Shown here: positions 32,311 to 46,690 of the stretch, in pieces
Position numbering within the stretch: position 1 is the first letter of the stretch
Layout: every line of letters begins with the position of its first letter
Assembly: GCF_009914755.1 (NCBI RefSeq)
Contig: NC_060935.1
DNA from: the human T2T-CHM13v2.0 reference genome, Homo sapiens
Reading direction: 5' to 3' (one strand)
Length of the DNA: 64,000 bases
The notes under the pieces: model-generated
What the model was told of the DNA's origin: nothing
Databases searched by the model: none
The model's input: only the letters and a program-made list of their open reading frames with translations
Program-made: the position numbers and the translations under genes

Positions 32311-32889
32311 CTTTGTGCTTTTTTTTTTAATACCACTAGTCTCATTTATAAATCCATATAATAGCTTTTTGTATGGTTGTCTTAGCTTCTTTGGTATGTA
32401 ATAATAAACTTCAGAAAGCAGGGACCTCATGTGGTTCATGTTTTAATCTCCATAGTCATTGTATCGTGATTTGCTTTGACTTGGCAAACAAACAAAATAT
32501 GTTTAGTATGTCATATATGTATGTATCCAAATCTAAGTTTCTGGCTGTAAGACTCACTGTTATTTTACATTTACAAAAAATAGTTAAACATTCTAATTAA
32601 ACTGAACATAAGGCCTGAGCAATAGTCTTATGAGTTGTGATTCAATTTTACTAACCTGTTGTTACTTTGGAGTTTCTTCAATCCATTCCAAGATATTTAG
32701 CAGTCTTTCCTTTTTTCATTATTTGACTTATGATAAGGAATCCTATTAGCAATAAAATATTTACTTCCTTAAGTCCTTTAAAGAGGTTGGATGCAGTCAT
32801 TTCTCCAGTGACAGATATTTGCTTCTCTAATACCAAATTCATGCCTCATTGCTCTGTTTCTGTGCTTTCTGCCTACACAAAATCTTAAT

Positions 32890-33500
32890 ACTTTTTATTG
32901 AAGTTTGGCATTTATAGAAGAGTTTATAGTTCATAAGTATACAGCATGATGAATTATCTCAAACTGAATACACCCATATATCCAGCATCCAGATCAACAA
33001 ATAGAATATTTTCAGCTCTTAAAAAGCCCTCTCCTCCCCTCTCCAGTCGCTGTTACTTTCCTGACTTTTAACACCATAGGTTAATTTTACCTGCTTTTGT
33101 ATGAATGAAATAATATCGTATGCACTCTTTTGTGTCCGATTGCCATGTTTCAACTTTATGTAGTAAGATTCATTTATTTTTTGGGACGTATTTGTGGTTT
33201 GTTTGCTCTATAATATTCCATTATGTGAAATCACAGAATTGACTCATTTTTTCTGTGGATAGGCATTTGGTTAGGTTCTAGTTTTGAGCTAACATAAATA
33301 GTGCTGCTATAAACACTCTCCTATATGTCTTTTGGTAAATGTATGGATGTATTTCTGTTGAGTATACATCTAGGAGTGGAATTGCTAGGAATATGCATAT
33401 GGTCAGCTAAAGCTGCCAAATAGTTTTCCAAAATTATTGTTTGATTTATACTCTCACCCCCAGTCTGCAAGAGTTCTGTTTACATGGTTGTGAACACTTG
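32890..33500 (-). mobile_element. Old L1ME/MC 3' region
   Basis: ggcatttggttaggttctagttttgagct...ctaggagtggaattgctagg...gccaaatagttttcca. Confidence 0.65.
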
Positions 33501-33687
33501 ATTTTTAAAAAACCTTTTGAATTTAAATTGTTAAATATTACAAAATTTTTTGTTTCAGTATAAATCAAGAGAAATATTTTAAATGGCAATTAAACTTAGC
33601 AGCACATGTAGTGCTAACATTGTGCCTAACTTAATATCAAACACGGCTACTTTTAAGGGTGTGCGTGTAGATACAATGACACTGGAT

Positions 33688-33706
33688 GACTGCCACCTGG
33701 TGGTCA
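33688..33706 (-). promoter_or_regulatory. Strong CTCF consensus motif
   Basis: Minus strand TGACCACCAGGTGGCAGTC versus consensus TGGCCACCAGGGGGCGCTA; in apparently non-repeat sequence. Confidence 0.65.
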
Positions 33707-36481
33707 AAGATTGTAGGACTTTATTGATTTTACTATTTCTAAAATCAGAATTCATCTTACAATGTGAAAAAATACGCACGTTAGAACTGGTGAGTGGGAC
33801 TATGTTGGATGGTAATAAATAGAATGGAGTAGACTGAAGCAGAATAAGGGAGTACCTGCCAGGGGAGATTGCAGTTTTTCTGCAGCAGTCACATGGGAGA
33901 TGTCACTTGAGCAGACGCCTGACAGAAGTGAGGGAACAAGCTATATAGCTATTTCAGGAATACTGTTACGGGACAAGAAACAGGAAAGTAGAAAGACAGG
34001 AGTGTACTTGAGGTGTTCAAGAAATGGCTAAGAAGTTAGTAAGGCTGGAGTGCAGTGAGCAGAGGTGGTTTGAGGTGTTGCTAGGCACATAAGACAGAGA
34101 GACAGGTGCAAGAGAATTGAGGATCAGGACAGCAGAGGGAATGGCCTGGAGCAATAGGAGATGATGGTCAAGGGCTAAGGAGCATGAGAATGAGATTTTG
34201 GAAGGCATAGCATTACAATTAATGCAAAATGGGGCACATCTGGTGGACCAGGACCCTCACCTTATCCATGATATATTTAGCATAGAACAATTCATGGTGA
34301 ATGTATAGTTCAGTGTTAAGGTCTCTGGCTTCAGCTAGCTGTGCCCTCCATATCATCTCTTCTTGTGTTCAGGGAGAGGTTAGATCCTTGATATTATTGA
34401 AAGGTCATTGGGTTAATAAGTAAAATTATTGAAGCAATAACAATATAAGTGACTAAATTCTCTGAAGTTGGTTTCTCATGTTTATAAAAGAGATTAATTA
34501 TATTGCAAACCCACATCTGCCTTTAACAGTTACAAAGTTAATCTACTCATTGGTTATTTTCCCAAAAACAAGTTTTAAACTTTTATTAGAATATTAAAAA
34601 TCTCATGGTGGGAGTATACTGATAGCTAATTTGTGTGTGTTTTGAAATGTCTCTGTACCTGGATTTTTTAAATGAAGAAGAGGTATCAATTATAAGTACC
34701 CACCTATGATTGAAGTAGCATGTTGGACATGTCATATACATTATTTCTCATCCTGATAATAGCATTCCAAGCTAAGAGATATGCTTGTTTTACAGCTGAG
34801 GAACCAGGTTCAGCAGGCTGAGGAACTTGATCTAGGTCACACCGCTAATAACTAGTAAAACCAGTGTTCCAGAGCCCTGCTGTTTTGCAGCCTCCCTTAT
34901 ATCCCACTTCCTTCCACTGATTAAGTCTGCTAGAGGGCTAACAGAGGTCACTGATAGGCTTTATCATTGAATAAACAATTTCTAGAGCATGCATTTTAGG
35001 GAAAGCATGTGGCATAATTTATCAGAACTATAAAGTTCTGTTGAGATTGTGACTGAGGAGCTGTTTTTAAATCTTTGGGAAAAAAACTGGCTAAACAGTA
35101 CAAATACTTTTTATGAGTTACTGGTCTGAGTGATTCTCAAACCAACTTTATGTTTCAGTTGAATTATGATTGAATGAATTAACATTGAGTGTGTGTGTGT
35201 GTAGCTTATGTCAGATTATGTTACTGTCTTTTAAACTGCATCATCTTCAAGGTTTTCCAACTTCTGTCTGTTTAACTACATGATTTGAAGGGAGACAGAG
35301 ATAATCAACAAATCAACACATGGAATTATATGTAGTACCAGGGAAGAACAGGATGCCATGAAAACATGTAAAAGTGTTATTTATGTTAGTTTGGAGGGAG
35401 AAGTTAGGAAAGGTTTCTAACAATTAGTAATTTCTAAATTGAGATAGGAAGTCTGAATAAAAGTGAATGAGACAGGGAAAGAGAGTTTATTGTGTTAATA
35501 GTAATGATAAAATCAGTATGCTATTCCAGTGAGATGTGTTGTATGGTTTCAGAAAGTTAGAACACATTTTATGAGTTCTTGGTTGTGTTCTTGTAACCAT
35601 ACATTTGTTATCAAGCAACAGTAATAAATAATGGTTTTATGTCCTCTTGTGGGTGTGTGGTAGACAGTGAACTTTTCAGAGCTTATAAATATCCTGATAT
35701 TCTACTTTTCAGTGAATGTGGTGGTACAGGTCCCTGGATGATATTAGTACTTGATTAATTTGTTCCATGTAGAAATTGGGCGGGTATGTATAGGTTAAAT
35801 ATAAATAAAAAAATCATCTGGGTCTATATAGTAAAAATAGTAGGCTATAAAATCTTTGAATGTGTGGCAGGCTGTATCTGCCTGTATCTGAATGTACCAA
35901 CTTAGGAATTATTGCTCATTGTCTGGCAACTGTTTTGTAATAGTATAAAGGAAAGTCTTTGTAATCAGAAGATTGACAATAGCTCTACTGTATCAGTGTT
36001 GTATTGGCTTAGAAAGAACACCCAGGTCATCTATTCAACCACATGAAATAACTTCAAAAAACTTCCCTGTCCTCCAGAGGCATTTGATTTTGAATGAAGT
36101 ATTTAAGAATATTTGCTACAACAACCCCCAAGAGTATCTATCCCTCTTCCTTGCCATGCATTATGCCCCTTCAGATACATTCACCAAGTGTCATTTTTTC
36201 ACTTTGAAAGGAGGTATTATTTTCTGCTTTTTCTGATACTTTATCACTCTAATAGTAATAGGAAATTATGCTACTTCATATTTTAGTATATATTTACTCT
36301 TATTGAAAGGTGGTCTTAAACAAAGGGGAGTAAATGACTACCTTTTAGGGTGGTATAATTTGAAGACCAGGAGGGTTTAGGCTTTAGGACATACATCAGG
36401 AAGAGATGACTTCATTTGATTTATTTCAGTGGGGCACCTGTTGTTTTTTCCCTTGTTGGATCTTTAAAAAAAATAGTTTAA

Positions 36482-36955
<474 letters not shown>

Positions 36956-37008
36956 TAACACCATAGCTTAGTTCTGCCTGGTTATGAACTTTTACATGGC
37001 ATATGCCC

Positions 37009-37421
<413 letters not shown>

Positions 37422-38110
37422 TGAGGTAGGTACTTAGAAGTGGAATTAAGTGCTGGGTTGTAGGTTATGTTCAGCTTTAGTAGATATTGCCAAATAATTT
37501 TCCCAAGCATTTGTACCAGTTACATCTTACCAGCAGTGTGAGATTTTTAGTTGCTCTATCCTTGCCCAAACTTGGTATTATCTATCTTTCAAGTTTTAGC
37601 CATTCTGGTGGGATTATGGTATTATGTTGTGGTTTTAGTTTAGTTTAATATGGTATTATGATATTTATGTTGTGGAGCACTTGTTCTGGAAAATCATACC
37701 AGTTAATGCCAATTAGGAATAAACAAATCCCGAACAAGTATTGGAGTCTTTTTAAAAAAATTGATGGGATATATTTGATCTAACTTGATAGTTAACAAGC
37801 TCTTTTTCATCTTCTTTTTGACTGTTCAAGGATAAGTGGAGTTGGTGGTCTGTTGAATTCCAGTTTAGTAAAATATTACCATTTGAGTTTTTCATATCCA
37901 TATTACCTTTTAATGGATTTCCTTCCTCTCCCCTTTCTTAAATAGGGGAAGATTATTCAACCTTTTCTCAACAAGTCAAGGTTATCATGAGGAACATTAA
38001 TGATTATATTATATTCGAACTTCAGGGGCTGCCTGGGACATAAGGCTCCATTATTCTTACTTTAGACAGTCCCCACAACATGGCCTTCCTCGTATACAAA
38101 AGTGATCTAA

Positions 38111-38413
<303 letters not shown>

Positions 38414-41400
38414 TGCTGGCATGATTTTAGAGTCAGTGTCAGATATTGACTTTGTCTTCCTGTTCCAGATATAACCAACCATATGACGTTAGACAAGTGA
38501 CTTAATAATTCTTAGCATCAGCTTCTCCTGAAAAATTGGGATAGTGCTGTCTGTTTCACAGGACTCTTGAGTTTCATGAAGATTAAGTAAGAATATATAG
38601 TCAAATTAGTAGTATAGTACCTGGCACACTGAACCTTTGGTAATGGTGCTGGATATTGTAGAGGATAAATACGCTAGTAGAAATCCCTGCCTTTGAGGAG
38701 CTCACGTTCTGGAGGGGAAGACAGGCAAAAAAATCAGTGATGGTGATGTGTCATGCCAGGTGCCGTAAGAAAGTTAACCACTCACAGGTTCCTATGGGAG
38801 CATAGAGGAGCGGCAGCCAGCCCCATGGACATCAGTGAACACACAGCTTTCATTGTTCCCCCTTTCTTGTAATAATTATACCAGTAGTAAAAATGAGTAA
38901 AATGGTTTTTATTCTCTATTTATAAAGCATGATTCATATTAGGTGAGAAAGCGAATCACTTTTTCCAAATGAATCTTAAGCTATGCTTTCTGGTCTTGGC
39001 CTTAAATTTAATATTTTTGACCCCAAAGTGATTAGGTCTTGTTGCAGCAAAGTGCCAGGAATAGTTTTTTTTTTTTAATTCTGCAAATATTTGAATACTT
39101 ACTTTGTCTCCAGGTTACTGTATTATCTACTTGGGAAAACAATAGCAAAAAAAGCCCCATCCTCGCAGTCGGTGGCAGGCAGAGAAGGCTGACAGTTAAA
39201 GAGAATTGGGAAGGCTTCTGAGGAAGAGATGTTTGAACTGAAACCTAGTGGTCAGAGAAACGTTAACCAGGAAAAGAATGGGTGGGGGTAGAGGCAGGGA
39301 GGGGGTCCCACCAGAGGCTCTCAGCTTCCTCATTTCAGAACTTGAGGTGGACTAGGCAAATTCAAAGGTCCCTTTTATTGCTTTCATTCCTAGCATATGT
39401 AAGCTAGAGGAAGCCCTCATTTTGTCTCTTTCTATGTTGTACGCAGCTTGCTTGTTTGTCCTGTAGTTCATGTTAAATTAAATCCGGTATAGTGCTCAGC
39501 ATGTAGTAAATGGCTCACAAATGATTGCCATTACTCATGTAAGGTAGAGTTGGTGAAGGGTACTCAGTTCCAGGGGAGCAGGCACATCCTCAGGCTGCAG
39601 GCTAGAAGGCTTTTCCCCAGCATTCCTAGCTACAGTTTTCTCAGCGTCCTCGGTGGACAGTTGGGTGAACCAGTGAAGGGCCAGTTCCTTCTTAGCTAAT
39701 CTGTAATGAATGCTTCATTCTTGTAGTAGTGGTCTAGGCTTTGCTATTATGTTTAGTCGTTTGTTTTGTCTCAGCTCTAGTCAGCTGTAGAGTCTGGTGA
39801 TGGAGCAGCAAGAGCAAGTGTGAGACCTGTGGAGTCTCCCCAGTTCTTTCTCTCAGAGAATAGGGCATAGGCAGAGGGCAGAGTTCTTTCTTCCTTTTCT
39901 GCCTCTGGCTGTGAGATATAAAATAAGGAAATTGTTGACATTCTCTTTAGCCCGCCTTTGTTCTAAATTCTGTCTTTTGTAATTTGGTAGAAAGAGAAAA
40001 AAAAAACAACAACACACACACACAAAATGAACATGAGACAAATTCTAGAGAACTAGATTCAAATTCTGATACTGTTTTTACTAAGTGACCTTAGGCAAGA
40101 AGACTCAGTTTCTGTGTTTTATTGATTTTTAATTTTTCACAATTTAACATTCCTGCACAATCTAGATGCATCTTAAAACCAGTTCTTTTTGGTTGTATAT
40201 ACAATTATGATGCATTTTATGATTGGTGATGTCTTGGATTTGATGAAATATGGTATTTCGTCTTAACTATTAGAATTAACAAATTGTCTTATTTACTTCA
40301 TGTGGATTTATTGTTAGGATTAACAAGGCTTATTCAGCAGATTAAATATTTGTATGTGCTAGAATAAGCATTCTCTATGCCCTTTTTATCTATTATTAAT
40401 ACTTTATATAGTGACTGTCACTAGTAAGTATTAAAATAGTAGCTATTGCTGTAATTAGTTTTTTATTACTATTCTGTTCAAGCTTCATAAAAACCCTGTG
40501 AGGTGATAGTTTTATAACTGAAGATTCTGAGACACAGGGAATTATGCAGTTCAACAACGTGGCTTCATTATAGCACTTTCCTCTCTACCACTCTGCCTGT
40601 CAGCTCTCTTCATTTTTCAGAGGAAAGGCTGAAGCTACGTGATTCTTTAAAGCCATTCCACAAGCCAGTGGTTCTGTTTGGGTGACGGTCTGCTGCTGTT
40701 CCCAAGCCCATCCACGTTTCTAGTGATTACTCCTATGTCTGCATAGCTTAGTGGTCACCCAGTGATTCGTGACTTTATGCTTAGATACCTCAAGCCAGTA
40801 ACTTCTGCCAGTGGATTGTGAATTTTGTCCAGTTTTACTGTTGCTTTTTGGGGGAAAAATTTGCTGAGCTACTCATTTTATCATGTCAGACATCATACCC
40901 CTTCTTTAGATTTACTCTTATAGGTACCATTTATTTGCTATTCATTCATTCTTGCAGCAAAAATGTTCTGAGTTCACTTTGCCTAAAGTGCATCCTTTAG
41001 GATTTTCTTTAGTGAGCATATGTTAGTGTCACACTCCCAAGTTTTTTTGTCTGAAAATGTATTCATTTTACTCTGATTTGTGAAGAGTATTTTCATTGGG
41101 TGGATTTCTTGGTTGTCAGTTACTTGGTTTTATGTGTTCTGATATGGTTTTATTTATCTTGCTTAGGACCTGTTACGTATTTAAACCTGTGAATTAGTTT
41201 TTTTTTTTTTTTAATCAGTCTAGGAAATTGCTACTTATCTCTTTAAATAATTCCTTGCCTCCTTCCTTAATCCATTTTCTCTCTCTGGACTGCTTGCTAA
41301 ATGCGTATCAGATCTTTTTACTCTGTCATCCATGTTTTTAAACCTTTTTTTTTTTTTTCATATTGGTCTTTTTATCTCTGCTGCATTCTGTGTAATTTCT

Positions 41401-41618
41401 TCTTCCAAGGAAGGTTCTCCTCTCATCTGTCATGGCAACTTTCCCTACAGACATCTGTGTGTAGGGATTTGGTGGATTTAGTTTAGTTTCACTTATGCTG
41501 TTTAGGGGTATAGCCCTTTTGTGGTCCTCAGTGTGGAGAGGGACATTTTTTAGTCATGGATGGGACCTGGGCCTGGCTCTTGAATTATGTCCTTGCTTCC
41601 TTTAAGAATGCCAAAACT

Positions 41619-41761
41619 GGCCACGTGCAGTGGCTTACCCCTGTAATCCTAGCACTTTGGGACGCTGAGGTGGGAGCATTGCTTGAGCCCATGACTTAGA
41701 GACCAGTGTGGGCAACATGGTGAGACCCTGTCTCTACCCCAAAAAGAAAAAAAGAAAAAGA
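41619..41761 (+). mobile_element. FLAM_C-like Alu monomer
   Basis: Left monomer with A tail. Confidence 0.8.
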
Positions 41762-42559
41762 ATGTGAAAACCAAAGCCCCGGCTTTGTATAGATCCGTCA
41801 TGGCTTCACGACAAAGACCTCTAGATCTCCACTTACCTCTCTGGGTTCTTTCTTCCTTGGTTTGGAAATTCTTTGATGTTAATGGTGATTATTATTATTA
41901 TTTAAAAAATATTTTACCTGACATTTTAGTTGTTTTCAGTGAGAGGATTGTCTCATCAGTCATTATCAGAAATGGATGGCTCCCTTCCATTCACCCATTC
42001 ACCCTTGGGCCATATAGTCTTTTATATTTACCCACATGTTTACAATTGCCAGTGCTCTCCATTCTTTTGCCTAGATCCAAGTCTATATCCAGTGTTGTTT
42101 CCCTTTAGCCTGAAGAACTTTGTAAGCATTTCTTGTAGTGTGGATCAGCATAGTTACTCCCAGACCTTATTGTTGTCTTCACATTTAATTGAAACTCTGC
42201 CCCTATTTAGCAGGGCTGCTAAAACAGTTATAGTGAGATACAGACTGGAGGTCATTTAAGAGTGGAATTCTGTTGATCTTAGACTGAAATTCTTGCATGG
42301 CTAGCATTTAGTTTTTATACAATCCAGTATAAAACTGACTGCATAAATGTGTGTGCTAGGTTATCATCATGTTATTTGTGGTAGTATTTCAGTGTCCTCT
42401 CCCACCTTACACTTTGGTCAGGAAAAAAAAAAAAAACTGCCACAAAGCCAAGAACAGTTAGTTACCCTTATCTGAAGACCCTTTGATTTACTGATTTACA
42501 TAATATGAAAATTGGTAATAGGTTGATTTTGTTTACATTCAGCAGTGAAAGCCCTTATG

Positions 42560-44670
42560 TTTTTTTTTTATTTTTTATTTTTTATTTTTATTTTTATTGA
42601 TCATTCTTGGGTGTTTCTCACAGAGGGGGATTTGGCAGGGTCATGGGACAATAGTGGAGGGAAGGTCAGCAGATAAACAAGTGAACAAAGGTCTCTGGTT
42701 TTCCTAGGCAGAGGACCCTGCGGCCTTCCGCAGTGTTTGTGTCCCTGGGTACTTGAGATTAGGGAGTGGTGATGACTCTTAACGAGCATGCTGCCTTCAA
42801 GCATCTGTTTAACAAAGCACATCTTGCACCGCCCTTAATCCATTTAACCCTGAGTGGACACAGCACATGTTTCAGAGAGCACAGGGTTGGGGGGTAAGGT
42901 CACAGATCAACAGGATCCCAAGACAGAAGAATTTTTCTTAGTACAGAACAAAATCAAAAGTCTCCCATGTCTACTTCTTTCCACACAGACACGGCAACCA
43001 TCTGATTTCTCAATCTTTTCCCCACCTTTCCCCGCTTTCTATTCCACAAAACCGCCATTGTCATCATGGCCCGTTCTCAATGAGCTGTTGGGCACACCTC
43101 CCAGACGGGGTGGTGGCTGGGCAGAGGGGCTCCTCACTTCCCAGTAGGGGCGGCCGGGCAGAGGTGCCCCTCACCTCCCGGACGGGGGGTGACCCCCCCA
43201 CCTCCCTCCCGGACGGGGCGGCTGGCTGGGCGGGGGGTGACCCCCCCCACCTCCCTCCCGGACGGGGTGGCTGGCCGGGCGGGGGGCTGACCCCCCCCAC
43301 CTCCCTCCCGTACGGGTCGGCTGGCCGGGCGGGGGGCTGACCCCCCCACCTCCCTCCCGGACGGAGCGGCTGGCCAGGCAGAGGGGCTCCTCACTTCCCA
43401 GTAGGGGCGGCTGGGCAGAGGCGCCCCTCACCTCCTGGACGGGGCGGCTGGCCGGGCGGGGGGCTGACCCCCCCACTTCCCTCCCGGACGGAGCGGCTGG
43501 CCAGGCAGAGGGGCTCCTCACTTCCCAGTAGGGGCGGCTGGGCAGAGGCGCCCCTCACCTCCCGGACGGGGCGGCTGGCCGGGCGGGGGGCTGACCCCCC
43601 CACCTCCCTCCCGGACGGGGCGGCTGGCCTGGCGGGGGGCTGACCCCCCCACCTCCCTCCTGGACGGGGCGGCTGGCCTGGTGGGGGCTGACCCCCACCT
43701 CCCTCCCAGACGGGGCGGCTGCCGGGCGGAGACGCTCCTCACTTCCCAGACGGGGTGGCTGCCGGGCGGAGGGGCTCCTCACTTCTCCAGACGGGGCGGC
43801 TGCCGGGCGGAGGGGCTCCTCACTTCTCAGATGGGGCGGTTGCCGGGCGGAGGGTCTCCTCCCTTCTCAGATGGGGCGGCTGGGCAGAGACGCTCCTCAC
43901 CTCCCAGACGGGGTCACGGCCGGGCAGAGGCGCTCCTTACATCCCAGACGGGGCGGCGGGGCAAAGGTGCTCCCCACATCTCAGACGATGGGCGGCCGGG
44001 CAGAGACGCTCCTCACTTCGTAGATGGGATGGTGGCCGGGAAGAGGCGCTCCTCACTTCCTAGATGGGATGGCGGCCGGGCAGAGACGCTCCTCACTTTC
44101 CAGACTGGGCAGCCAGGCAGAGGGGCTCCTCACATCCCAGACGATGGGCGGCCAGGCAGAGACGCTCCTCACTTCCTAGACGGGGTGGCGGCCGGGCAGA
44201 GGCTGCACTCTGGGCACTTTGGGAGGCCAAGGCTGGCGGCTGGGAGGTGGAGGTTGTAGCGAGCCGAGATCACGCCACTGCACTCCAGCCTGGGCACCAT
44301 TGAGCACTGAGTGAACCAGACACCGTCTGCAATCCCGGCACCTCCGGAGGCCGAGGCTGGCGGATCACTCGCGGTTAGGAGCTGGAGACCAGCCCGGCTA
44401 ACACAGGGAAACCCAGTCTCCACCAAAAAAATATGAAAACCAGTCAGGCGTGGCGGCGCGCGCCTGCAATCGCAGGCACTCGGCAGGCTGAGGCAGGAGA
44501 ATCAGGCAGGGAGGTTGCAGTGAGCCGAGATGGCAGCAGTACAGTCCAGCTTCAGCTCGGCATCAGAGGGAGACCATGGAAAGAGAGAGAGAGAGAGACC
44601 GTGGGGAGACGGGACAGGGACAGGGACAGGGAGGGGGAGGGGGAGGGAGAGGGAGAGGGAGAGGGAGACC
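42560..44670 (-). mobile_element. Full-length SVA retrotransposon (hominid-specific; subfamily unresolved, D-F-like), antisense in intron 3
   Basis: Hexamer (CCCTCT-type) 44611-44668, Alu-like ~44215-44580, GC-rich VNTR ~43095-44210, SINE-R ~42600-43090, poly(A) 42560-42597; 11-bp TSD CCCTTATGTTT at 42552-42562 and 44671-44681; TTT/AA L1 endonuclease site. Confidence 0.97.
43095..44210 (-). repeat. SVA VNTR (GC/CpG-rich ~36-50 bp units)
   Basis: Repeated ccccccacctccctcccggacggggcggctggcc and ctcctcacttcccagacgggg units. Confidence 0.95.
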
Positions 44671-45570
44671 CCCTTATGTTTAATGTAGGGGAAATAAGCA
44701 AAAGTAGTTGATGTATTACATTGTAGTTCATTCCTTTGATGTTATGAAAGCTCCTTAACATTTTCACTTTTCAGAGAGGGTTTCGACTCCCTGGACGGTT
44801 CTCTTAATGAGAAATAATGTTCTTTCAGAGCATAAAGCTGACCTTGTTATTTTCAACTTGAAAACATTTCAATGGCCCCACTGTTGTACAGAGTAAAGTA
44901 TTCCCTCCTAGCAAAAGGCATAAAAGATCCTTCAGTTCAGTTCCTTGTGTGTCTGTCCAGCTTTGTGTCCTGCCACTTTTGTATTGTGTGCTCCAGCAGT
45001 AGTCCTGAGTGCCCTGACCACACCTTGGCATTTTACACCTCTGAGCCCTTTTCATATTGTGTTCCTCTTTGCCTGAAATTACTTATTTTAATCTGGTGAA
45101 AGCCCACTTATCTGTTAAAAGCCAGGTTTCACAGCCTTTGTGATGTCTTCCCCTGTTCATCAGTTTATTTTTCCTTTCTCTTCTGCTGTGTAGCCTTATG
45201 CATAATTCTGTTATTGAACTTTGCACAAAACAGTGTAATTATTTAAATGGAGGTTTGAATCCAACAGTAAGTTGGAGCCTCTTTGAGGGCATTGTTTATG
45301 TGTTGGCTGTTAATAATCACGTATTAAGTGTCGAATAAATGAATGAATTACCGTATGAAACCATGTAAGTGAGTGATAGGAATATACGCTTCTTCTAATG
45401 ACTATAATAAGTAAGCAGAGAAATTCAAAAGTACCATTATCACCCCTTTTGTGTTAATTGTAATGTCTTCTTGGCTTACTTAAGTTTGCAATTTAATGTA
45501 TTTATGAGGTCTTTTGGTTTTGAAAAACAAAATGATTTGTCACCTAATTGAAATAATCGTAAACAAATAG

Positions 45571-45783
<213 letters not shown>

Positions 45784-46289
45784 TAGTTTCAAGTAGTTGT
45801 CATCTCCAAATTAACGTGTCTAACCTTTCTGTTGATTCTTCTGATTCTGTGTTTCCTATTATAAAGAGAGACTTTTATGACTGTTTACTTATATCACTAA
45901 GAGAGACCTTGATGATCATTTACATATGTTATTATTTACTTATATTACTTACATTGTTATGTTTGAATCATTGCCTAGTTTAACAAACACCTTTGTCTGA
46001 AGAAATTTATGAAGATGGATTTGTGTGTGTGTTTAGGAAAGAATGTGCTTTCTCATAGCATTTTGCTTTTTCTGTCTTACTGGATGTCCTCACCTAGAAT
46101 CTGAAAATTAAGTTGAAATAAGGAATATCACGTTAAATACCTCTCTTTTGACCAGTAGCGTTATTCCAGGAATAAGAAGAGCTACTATTTATTGAGCACA
46201 GGATGACACCTGCTTGGATTATTTGCTGCCACTGGTTCTCCATCTCTGCTGTACCCATGACTGATGTAGCTAGTAGATTACAGTTCTCT

Positions 46290-46582
46290 TTTTTTTTGAG
46301 ACGAAGTTTCACTCTTGTTGCCCAGACTGGAGTGCAATGGCGCGCAATCTCGGCTCACCACAGCCTCCGCCTCCCAAGTTCAAGCGATTCTCCTGCCTCA
46401 GCCTCACAAGTAGCTGGGATTACAGGCATGTGCCACCATGCCCAGCTAATTTTTTGTATTTTAGTAGAGACAGGGTTTCTCCATGTTGGCCAGGCTGGTC
46501 TCGAACTCCTGAGCTCAGGTAATACACCCGCCTCGGCCTCCCAAAGTGCTGGGATTACAGGTGTGAGCCACTGTGCCTGGCC
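46290..46582 (-). mobile_element. AluSp/Sq-like
   Basis: Full dimer; TSD tacagttctctttt. Confidence 0.92.
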
Positions 46583-46653
46583 TCTACAGTTCTCTTTTAA
46601 CTGGGCTCAAAAGTAGCTCCATAATATTTTCTTTCTTCCTTTCTTTTATTTAC

Positions 46654-46656
<3 letters not shown>

Positions 46657-46690
<34 letters not shown>

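Noticed and set aside
39279-39305. Isolated G-tract cluster (possible G4)
   Set aside because: One loop is 8 nt and such motifs are common; no other support
43064-44711. Longest ORFs (up to 192 aa), Gly/Pro/Arg-rich
   Set aside because: Products of the stop-poor GC-rich SVA VNTR and hexamer; SVA is non-coding
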